IMG/VR virus record: IMGVR_UViG_3300037294_000266
Span: 186,001 to 250,000 of that record
Strand: one strand, 5' to 3'
DNA length: 64,000 nucleotides
Positions 57,745 to 64,000 of the stretch are shown piece after piece. The position numbers were made by a program, and so were the translations under genes. Numbering within the stretch: the stretch's first letter is position 1; every line of letters starts with the position of its first letter. The notes beneath the pieces are model-generated. The model saw nothing but the letters and a program-made list of their open reading frames with translations, made no database searches and was not told where the DNA came from.

Positions 57745-58178
57745 GTAAGGAAGAACAGCTTACTTTTATTCAGTTAGAACAGATGCCTTTTCCAGATTGG
57801 CTGATAGACGCTGTCCTTTGTGAACCTAACAAAGCGTTCATTGAGACAGCGTCTATCAACGACTACGTCAACAGCATCATACTGCCAATTGTTGCTGATG
57901 AACTCAACTGGCCAGACAATCTGCAAGTGACAGCAAACCATGTCCATTGTAGCAGTGACGGACTCGAGCCACACGACCATCTCCCTCACGAATACACTTC
58001 AGTACTCTATCTCATTGATGCCGAAGGTGATCTGATTGTTCATGACGATGGCGAACACCGTGTCACGCCAGCAGAAGGTCGGTTTGTTCTGATGGACGCT
58101 CGTCTTAAACACAGTGTTGAACCATCCAACTGCATGCGTATTTCTCTGGTGACCAACTATGCAACCACCTGCCTATAA
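57741..58178 (+). CDS. Fe(II)/2OG-dependent oxygenase
   Basis: PHDH...YTSVLYL...LKHSVEP...RISLVTN. Confidence 0.82.
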   Translation: MSKEEQLTFIQLEQMPFPDWLIDAVLCEPNKAFIETASINDYVNSIILPIVADELNWPDNLQVTANHVHCSSDGLEPHDHLPHEYTSVLYLIDAEGDLIVHDDGEHRVTPAEGRFVLMDARLKHSVEPSNCMRISLVTNYATTCL

Positions 58179-58593
58179 AGACTATCAACTGCTCTACGAT
58201 GAATATGTCCAAGAGCATGCTGACGATTTTGCTAACATGGAAATCGTTGAGGATCCTGAACTTGTGGAAAACGCGCTCCATTACTTCAAGGAAGCGTCTT
58301 TCCCGCTCATCTATCCGGCTAAGAGTTATGCGGTGGCTATCATTTACGCCACTAAGATTCATGAACTCTACGATATCCCAGTCAAGACGACCTTGAATGA
58401 TCCCGATCTATTCTTAGGACATGACCGGTACTTCGTTCCGTATGAGCTAGATCCCCACACCTACGACGCTATCTTGGCTCGCTTAGAGACTATTCCTAAT
58501 TGGATGGAATCTGGCTGGGCTCCGCAGTCGGTGAAGTACTGTCTTTTAGAATGTACTGAAGACGGTGTCAACTCGGTATTGAGCGGAGAGTGA
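58159..58593 (+). CDS. Hypothetical protein in the rSAM cluster (144 aa)
   Basis: Acidic ORF overlapping its neighbours; IYPAKSYAVAIIYA core. Confidence 0.75.
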   Translation: MQPPAYKDYQLLYDEYVQEHADDFANMEIVEDPELVENALHYFKEASFPLIYPAKSYAVAIIYATKIHELYDIPVKTTLNDPDLFLGHDRYFVPYELDPHTYDAILARLETIPNWMESGWAPQSVKYCLLECTEDGVNSVLSGE

Positions 58594-58595
58594 CC

Positions 58596-59153
58596 ATGAA
58601 CTATCTAGAGCCGTGGAAGACTGAGATCGGGCATTTCAACGTGGCTGATCAGTTTGACATGACGGCCTTTGGTGAAGAGATATTTACGTTATTTGCCATG
58701 ACCAATGGAGAGGACGAAAGTCAACGTAAGATTGACCCTTCGACGTTTCCTGTCCTTCTGAAGATGCGTGATGAAACAATAACGCCAGCGGTCATTGAAT
58801 ATACGAAACGTTGTTTCAACTACGACATGGATAAGTTCTATGTTGAAAGTAATGGTAAGTGGATTGCAGAAGGTGAGGGACTGTATCCACATTGGCATCC
58901 TGGCTCAGTCATCTCGGTCATCTGCTATCCAGTAGATTCTGCAAATGGTTTGAACATGTTCGATCCTAAGGGGAACGCCATTCGGGGTTATCCTAAAGAG
59001 ATGCGATGGGGACATTTTGCCAACTTGAACATCTCGCCTAAAGCAGGTGACATCTTCATATTCCCCAGTTACCTCCAACACAGCGTAAGTCATGTGACAG
59101 AAGAGGTGCGGTTGTCTCTGCTCCACGAGTATTATGTCACCCACAATTTATAG
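58596..59153 (+). CDS. Fe(II)/2OG oxygenase, TIGR02466-like
   Basis: HWHPGSVISVICYP, FDP, PKAGDIFIFPSYLQHSV, RLSL. Confidence 0.87.
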   Translation: MNYLEPWKTEIGHFNVADQFDMTAFGEEIFTLFAMTNGEDESQRKIDPSTFPVLLKMRDETITPAVIEYTKRCFNYDMDKFYVESNGKWIAEGEGLYPHWHPGSVISVICYPVDSANGLNMFDPKGNAIRGYPKEMRWGHFANLNISPKAGDIFIFPSYLQHSVSHVTEEVRLSLLHEYYVTHNL

Positions 59154-59165
59154 GAAGTACGTACA

Positions 59166-59717
59166 ATGAAAATCATTCAGCCGTGGAAGATAGAGATCGC
59201 CCAGTACAATCTTCTCGAACAGGTGGATAACAGTGCCATCACCGAAGAAGTCCACATGCTTCACTGCCTATCTCCACGTGACTCTCTGACACCTCTGGTA
59301 GTGACTCCAGAGCAATTCCCAGCGTTGTGTCACTTCCGTGACAAGATTGTTCACGGACTGGTGGTTGATTACATTCGCCGAGTGTTCGGTGTTGAGCCAT
59401 TCGATATTGCTACCGATACGTTTGGCAAGGTGTTCGACAAGCAACAAGGACTTGGCAGTCACTTGCATGGCAACTCGTGCCTGACGAGCGTGTACTATCC
59501 TAGCGATTCTGATGCAGGGATGTCTCTGGCAGACCCGCGCTTCAATGCATCTCGTGGATATCCGCGTTCGATACGTGATAACCACTTTGGCGAGTTCTAT
59601 GTGGCGCCTAAGGCAGGTGATCTCTGGATCATGCCTAGCTATATCCAGCACAGTGTTGCTCCAAGTACAGAAGAGATGCGTCTCTCTCTAATCAATGACT
59701 TTCATTTCAAGGCATAA
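59166..59717 (+). CDS. Fe(II)/2OG oxygenase, TIGR02466-like (tandem paralogue)
   Basis: HLHGNSCLTSVYYP, DPR, PKAGDLWIMPSYIQHSV, RLSL. Confidence 0.87.
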   Translation: MKIIQPWKIEIAQYNLLEQVDNSAITEEVHMLHCLSPRDSLTPLVVTPEQFPALCHFRDKIVHGLVVDYIRRVFGVEPFDIATDTFGKVFDKQQGLGSHLHGNSCLTSVYYPSDSDAGMSLADPRFNASRGYPRSIRDNHFGEFYVAPKAGDLWIMPSYIQHSVAPSTEEMRLSLINDFHFKA

Positions 59718-59719
59718 TC

Positions 59720-60379
59720 ATGACTGATGAAGAGAATGGCTTGTATCCAGGTGTAGACCGTGGCATGTTCCGGGTCATGCGTCTTCTAGATAACTCAGGT
59801 GTCCAATTGAAAGCACAGGTACGGATCAAGAATCTGTCTGTCTTCAACTTCCTGAGCGATCTCCAATATGCTGTAATTGGCTATGGTCTCGAATGGTGGC
59901 GTGATGGTGAACCAGGTCCTCATGAGGCCGGTGAAGCAAATCCGTACATCCCACGCGGCCGTCCTAACATCAGTCGGTTGTACTTCAGGGGTAAGACCAG
60001 TATTACTCCAAAGATGTTGCACTTAGAGGATGCGGTCATCAATGACTTCATCAACTCTAAAGCTCTGGCTGATCCGATGACATACTCGACGTATGCATTG
60101 GAAGCCGCTGAACAAACCAGCAGTGCGGCTGTATGGCGTGATCTGGGTAAAACAGCATTCCAGTATGCCAACGCAGTTCATATTACCAAGTTAGAAGCTT
60201 CCTCCACCACCCCTCTTGAAATTGTGGTTGAGGGTCTGCGCTTCGAGTACCGTCGTAAAGCGTCTCCAGATATTGTGAAGACTGCAGACATTAAACCGTA
60301 CAAGTTCACCAAACTTCGTGATTGTTACGAAGCCATGCAAACATTTATCGAAAATGAGGTTACCAATGGCGATTTCTAA
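59720..60379 (+). CDS. Hypothetical protein (219 aa)
   Basis: Last ORF of the cluster; overlaps the endolysin start. Confidence 0.75.
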   Translation: MTDEENGLYPGVDRGMFRVMRLLDNSGVQLKAQVRIKNLSVFNFLSDLQYAVIGYGLEWWRDGEPGPHEAGEANPYIPRGRPNISRLYFRGKTSITPKMLHLEDAVINDFINSKALADPMTYSTYALEAAEQTSSAAVWRDLGKTAFQYANAVHITKLEASSTTPLEIVVEGLRFEYRRKASPDIVKTADIKPYKFTKLRDCYEAMQTFIENEVTNGDF

Positions 60380-61085
60380 GAATCGACTCATGGATCTACA
60401 GCGTGACATGAAAGCACTGGGTGTTTACTTCGGTGGTATCGATGGTGCATGGGGTCAGTTGTCCCACGGTGCATTTGTAAATGCTCGTCGAATGGCCAGT
60501 AAGAACAAGACAACCGCGCCTGAAGGCATGAGCGAATTATTGTTCACATACTGTAAAGCCCACGCATGGTCTGACAAAGTCAGTGACGAGTTCATTCTCG
60601 AGACCAAACGTATTGCCACTGATCTTGGCATGACGTTCCAAGGTACTGACGAATTATTGTCCTGCATGGCCTTCGAAACCGGTGAGACCTTCTCACCGAC
60701 AATCAAGAACGGTGCCGGTGCTCCGTACTACGGCATTATCCAGTTTGGCGCAGCGGCTGCCAAAGATGCAGGCACGTCTATTCCTGCATTGTTGAAGATG
60801 ACCAACGTAGAACAGCTTCAGTATGTCTACAACTTCTTCAAGCCTTACAAAGGCAAGTTGAATGATTTGTCTGACTGTTACATGCGCATACTCTGGCCTG
60901 CCGCAGTCGGTAAACCTTCTGATTACGTGCTGTTCGACAAGATGAATGCCAAGTCTAAAGCGTATGTTCAGAACAAAGGTCTGGACATCGACAAGGACGG
61001 GAAGATTACAAAAGCTGAAGCGGCTGCTAAAGTGATGCAGAAGCTTGTAGCTGGCTTACATCCAGGTAACCTGCGTGTAGCTTAA
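60366..61085 (+). CDS. Modular endolysin (peptidoglycan-binding domain + lysozyme-like/transglycosylase domain)
   Basis: LQRDMKALGVY.GGIDGAWG (PG-binding), MAFETG catalytic Glu, GIIQF, EF-hand-like DIDKDGKITKAE; start MAISK (SD GAGGT). Confidence 0.85.
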   Translation: MAISKNRLMDLQRDMKALGVYFGGIDGAWGQLSHGAFVNARRMASKNKTTAPEGMSELLFTYCKAHAWSDKVSDEFILETKRIATDLGMTFQGTDELLSCMAFETGETFSPTIKNGAGAPYYGIIQFGAAAAKDAGTSIPALLKMTNVEQLQYVYNFFKPYKGKLNDLSDCYMRILWPAAVGKPSDYVLFDKMNAKSKAYVQNKGLDIDKDGKITKAEAAAKVMQKLVAGLHPGNLRVA

Positions 61086-61086
61086 C

Positions 61087-61136
61087 AAAGAAAAAAAAGA
61101 AAGCTAGAGGGAGCCCTGGGGCTCCCTCTTATGCCG
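61087..61136. terminator. Bidirectional terminator (TATGCCG on +, U-tract on -)
   Basis: Stem AGAGGGAGCC/GGCTCCCTCT identical to the stem at 44-67. Confidence 0.8.
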
Positions 61137-61138
61137 TC

Positions 61139-61276
61139 TTACTTGGCACGACGCGTGGCACGAATGCCACAGAACGTGAATGTATCCGGAAGGCGCTTTA
61201 CCAACACCTTGCCACCGATGTAGCCAATTGCAGCACCAACTACACCAGCACCTACAATAATAATTAATTTGTTCAT
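61139..61276 (-). CDS. Small membrane protein (45 aa; not in ORF track)
   Basis: MNKLIIIVGAGVVGAAIGYIGGKVLVKRLPDTFTFCGIRATRRAK; SD AGGAGA. Confidence 0.7.
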   Translation of the reverse strand: MNKLIIIVGAGVVGAAIGYIGGKVLVKRLPDTFTFCGIRATRRAK

Positions 61277-61306
61277 GATCTTCTCCTGGACGACAGTTAG
61301 GTTATA

Positions 61307-61726
61307 TTAAGCAACTTCTTTCAATACGAAGTTAAAGTACTGGCCTGGAACCAGTACTGGGAATTGTTCAACACGGTCCCAAGCAATACTTTCGATGATG
61401 CCTTCGACATCAGCTTTAGGATCATTGGTTGCTTCGAAGACGGTACCGGCACAGTTGTCACGAGTGACAACTACCTCACCACCCTTACGGACAGTGATTC
61501 GGTTTAAGCAGTAGTACGACGAGAAAGAACCGTTAAATAGTGCTACAACTTCTTGGCGATCATCACGCTGGTAAACGACGACGCCTGCCAAAGACAGAGT
61601 ACGTTCGCCTTTGCTATCATGTTCATCTTTTAGGATGAAGTTGGCAGCTTTAACGGCTTCAATGATTGCGGCATTCTCAGCGGTAAGTGTTGGAACAGGT
61701 TGAGCGAGATATTGTTGCTTGTTCAT
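61307..61726 (-). CDS. Hypothetical early protein (139 aa)
   Basis: SD AAGGAGA. Confidence 0.8.
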   Translation of the reverse strand: MNKQQYLAQPVPTLTAENAAIIEAVKAANFILKDEHDSKGERTLSLAGVVVYQRDDRQEVVALFNGSFSSYYCLNRITVRKGGEVVVTRDNCAGTVFEATNDPKADVEGIIESIAWDRVEQFPVLVPGQYFNFVLKEVA

Positions 61727-61757
61727 GGTGTTCTCCTTAGAACTGGGTTATGGTGCC

Positions 61758-61979
61758 TTAAGCGGCGATTGTGAAATCCACACTGTGCTTGGATGCACAG
61801 GTGTTATAGCAGATGACTACTTTATCATCGGCGATACGGATATCGCTGAACGACAAAGCATTGTGTTTACTGACTATCAAGGCAGCCAGAGTAGATTCGA
61901 CACCTGCTGAAAGTAGCATGGTGAAGTTCTTGGCCACCCGGAGGCGTGTAGCGATGATCTTTGCGTTAATACTGCTCAT
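61758..61979 (-). CDS. Hypothetical early protein (73 aa)
   Basis: SD AAGGAGAG. Confidence 0.7.
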   Translation of the reverse strand: MSSINAKIIATRLRVAKNFTMLLSAGVESTLAALIVSKHNALSFSDIRIADDKVVICYNTCASKHSVDFTIAA

Positions 61980-62016
61980 GGCTGCTCTCCTTATCGAGTG
62001 GCCTTATGTTTAGGGT

Positions 62017-62039
62017 TCTTATCTAGAATCTAGATAAGA
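62017..62039. repeat. Inverted repeat TCTTATCTAGA-A-TCTAGATAAGA
   Basis: 11-bp perfect arms with a 1-nt spacer, intergenic. Confidence 0.75.
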
Positions 62040-62043
62040 TGTA

Positions 62044-62205
62044 TTACTTCTTAGTAGCAGCTGCGATTTCAATTGTTGCTGCCTGCATTGCACTGATTTG
62101 ACGGCGAGCCAACATCCGAGCACGTACTTTAGATGTCAAGTAGACATCTGTGAGAAATGCAGCAGTGATCGAGATAACGGCGGAGATGATGATTTTCTCT
62201 TTCAT
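62044..62205 (-). CDS. Small membrane protein (53 aa; not in ORF track)
   Basis: MKEKIIISAVISITAAFLTDVYLTSKVRARMLARRQISAMQAATIEIAAATKK; ATGA coupling, SD AAGGA. Confidence 0.7.
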   Translation of the reverse strand: MKEKIIISAVISITAAFLTDVYLTSKVRARMLARRQISAMQAATIEIAAATKK

Positions 62206-62432
62206 GATAATGTTCCTTCTACTTCATCGATATTAAGGGATTCGGCTAATTTACGTTCAGCTTCTAAAAGCTCGTAGGTAGCGTGCGTCACGCCGTATTT
62301 AATCGAAGCTTCTGTATAGCGCTTGGCGATGAGTTTATCGATCTTGCCTTGCACTGGCGTGATGCGTTTAATACCTTCGTACAGAAAGGTACCAACGATA
62401 CTCGCAGTCATGAGACATAACAACTCTTTCAT
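62202..62432 (-). CDS. Small membrane protein (76 aa)
   Basis: N-terminal hydrophobic segment; SD GGGAGAG. Confidence 0.75.
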   Translation of the reverse strand: MKELLCLMTASIVGTFLYEGIKRITPVQGKIDKLIAKRYTEASIKYGVTHATYELLEAERKLAESLNIDEVEGTLS

Positions 62433-62459
62433 GGTACTCTCCCTGAATCAGTTATCGGA

Positions 62460-62567
62460 TTAACCGCGTGCTGCTTTCTTCGCAGCAAGGCGCTTCATGA
62501 GCAGTTGATACTGATCAATGACGATGTAGGTGCCAGCCAGTACAGCAATGGAGGATAGAATCTTCAT
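62460..62567 (-). CDS. Small membrane protein (35 aa; not in ORF track)
   Basis: MKILSSIAVLAGTYIVIDQYQLLMKRLAAKKAARG; SD AGGAGT. Confidence 0.65.
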   Translation of the reverse strand: MKILSSIAVLAGTYIVIDQYQLLMKRLAAKKAARG

Positions 62568-62623
62568 GGTGTTACTCCTGAGTAGAGGTTATGACAGGAT
62601 CGTTTGTCCTTATCACCTGTACT

Positions 62624-62653
62624 ATGTATTGTTGAAATAAATTCGAATCGTAT
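62624..62653 (-). promoter_or_regulatory. Putative early promoter; exact repeat of 4508-4537
   Basis: Identical 30-mer upstream of the small-gene operon. Confidence 0.75.
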
Positions 62654-62706
62654 AAATAAACAAAAAGAAAAGAGGGCTTGAGCCCCCAGTGATTATCACG
62701 GCAAAT

Positions 62707-62870
62707 CGGCATAAAGACAGCCAGGGGCGGAGGCACTGTTGGCCTGTCCGCTTACCTGTAACTGTCCGGGGATGTTGGTACCTGTCCCCTACATCATAAA
62801 GGAGAGTTGTTTTTATTTACCATAAAGGGTTTCATTCTCAAACATACTGGAGTAGTGAATCACTTCGTGT
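62707..62870 (-). ncRNA. Candidate structured small RNA
   Basis: No convincing ORF; bounded by a promoter-like motif (62876) and a TTTATGCCG end; nested stems GACAG/CTGTC, CAGG/CCTG, GCGGA/TCCGC. Confidence 0.35.
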
Positions 62871-62875
62871 TAATG

Positions 62876-62902
62876 ATGTATGGTTACTTTTAGTTTCAAT
62901 CA
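62876..62902 (-). promoter_or_regulatory. Putative early promoter (degenerate)
   Basis: ATGTAT-GGTTACTTTTAG-TTTCAATCA, same spacing as the consensus. Confidence 0.45.
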
Positions 62903-62913
62903 AATAAAGAATC

Positions 62914-62944
62914 CGGCATAGAGGAGGAGCAACTGCTCCTCCTC
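62914..62944 (-). terminator. Hairpin-TATGCCG terminator
   Basis: GAGGAGGAGC-AACT-GCTCCTCCTC, followed on - strand by TATGCCG. Confidence 0.7.
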
Positions 62945-62947
62945 ATA

Positions 62948-63271
62948 TCACGTCTGCTTACCGACAGGTACCCATTCACGGTCCATCCACTGCCCTGTGT
63001 CGACAGATACACCCATCAGGTCACTGCGAGACTCAATCCACTCGTAGCATTCTTCTCTCGAATGTTTAGCCTCAAGTAAACGACTGAGTTCATCACCAGG
63101 TTGGGACTCATAATCGTTCTTGTGCCAACGACGCTGCTCCAAGTATGTCCCTGCATCAGTTTCCGTCTTAATGATAAAGACAGTCTTCTGCAGATCCTCA
63201 AAGTAAACGGCTGCTTTACGCATGACCCCTCCTGTCAGGAATCTAGGATACAGTGCATCGAATGGTTTCAT
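62948..63271 (-). CDS. Hypothetical protein (107 aa)
   Basis: ORF with ATGA coupling. Confidence 0.7.
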   Translation of the reverse strand: MKPFDALYPRFLTGGVMRKAAVYFEDLQKTVFIIKTETDAGTYLEQRRWHKNDYESQPGDELSRLLEAKHSREECYEWIESRSDLMGVSVDTGQWMDREWVPVGKQT

Positions 63272-63471
63272 GGTAGTACGAACCTAAGATGCTTACTGGC
63301 CAGTGTCCAAATAAGGAGTCCGATGACAATGAGTTCAATAAGGATGCAGGCTCTTACTGCATACCGATCATTCCTCACATACGACACCGTATGTTTACCG
63401 TAAAGACTGATCAGCAGCACCAGTGATAGCGTACACAGTACAAGCATGATGATAAGAACACTCGAAGGCAT
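63268..63471 (-). CDS. Small two-TM membrane protein (67 aa)
   Basis: Two hydrophobic segments. Confidence 0.6.
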   Translation of the reverse strand: MPSSVLIIMLVLCTLSLVLLISLYGKHTVSYVRNDRYAVRACILIELIVIGLLIWTLASKHLRFVLP

Positions 63472-63474
63472 GAT

Positions 63475-63972
63475 TTATCCCATCTTAATAACAACGATCT
63501 CTTTAGTGAACAACCCATTACAGGCCTTCGCCAATTGCATAGAATTGATCGCGTTATTGTGAGAGGCGTCATTGAAGATGACGTGAGTCGCATCATTCAA
63601 GAAGGATAACTTACCCGGATCATTGGCCCTAGAGATCGATACGATGTCCGTGACAGTGAAGACTCGTGTACGAACGAAGCCAGTGCCTCTCCATGACTCA
63701 ATGAAGATATCCCGTAAGGCTGCATTGCATTCTACCACGATCGCCTTAGGATGAGCCTCTAGGAAGCTCTTGACCCATTTGGTCTTGCAGTTCTGCCTAC
63801 CACCACCCATGTTAACGGTTCGTAGTTCACATAATGCTCTCCACGACGGAGTACCGTCTGGATAAAGATACCCGGCTGCTTTCCATACCTCAGGAGGTGT
63901 AGGGTCTATCATAGACAATGATAGGTCGTATATAGATTGCCAGTTCGATACCGCATCTTCAGTTGTCATCAT
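63475..63972 (-). CDS. Hypothetical protein with a degenerate P-loop-like motif
   Basis: GGGRQNCKT and HVIFND resemble Walker A/B; SD GGAG. Confidence 0.6.
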   Translation of the reverse strand: MMTTEDAVSNWQSIYDLSLSMIDPTPPEVWKAAGYLYPDGTPSWRALCELRTVNMGGGRQNCKTKWVKSFLEAHPKAIVVECNAALRDIFIESWRGTGFVRTRVFTVTDIVSISRANDPGKLSFLNDATHVIFNDASHNNAINSMQLAKACNGLFTKEIVVIKMG

Positions 63973-64000
63973 TAGCTCCAGTGGTGAGTAAGGTCTGTCA

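Noticed and set aside
1-64000. tRNA, rRNA, integrase or transposase
   Set aside because: No cloverleaf or rRNA-like segment and no recombinase/transposase motifs were recognised by eye; tRNAscan-SE would confirm.

Overview
This window is part of a phiKZ-like jumbo phage genome (Chimalliviridae-type, roughly 50% GC by eye; the host cannot be determined from the sequence). Core late/virion genes include the prohead protease, split virion RNA polymerase subunits (beta-N, beta-C, catalytic beta'), a 2070-aa tail protein with a lytic transglycosylase domain, a central spike with PAAR tip, repeat-rich tail fibres and a modular endolysin. Recombination/repair genes are UvsX/RecA, RNase H and SbcC. 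Clusters of small early genes at both ends lie behind a conserved AT-rich promoter motif. The standout region is a ~13 kb block (47.2-60.4 kb) between the tail-fibre genes and the endolysin. It encodes six radical-SAM proteins, one JmjC-like and three other Fe(II)/2OG-type oxygenases, an ATP-grasp ligase, several unknowns and a 177-aa protein ending in C-H-T-S-C-H-S-S-C-H-S-S-R-G-R-R. That tail looks like a RiPP-style modification target, suggesting a phage-encoded post-translational modification system possibly acting on a virion or fibre protein. Other signals: a family of hairpins followed by TATG(C/T)(C/T)G instead of a U-tract, two early operons of tiny membrane proteins behind an identical 30-bp element, a candidate structured ncRNA, a NADAR-like gene and a candidate spanin pair. 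No tRNA, rRNA, CRISPR array or mobile element was seen. phiKZ gp numbers are assigned from motifs plus recalled synteny, not from database searches.
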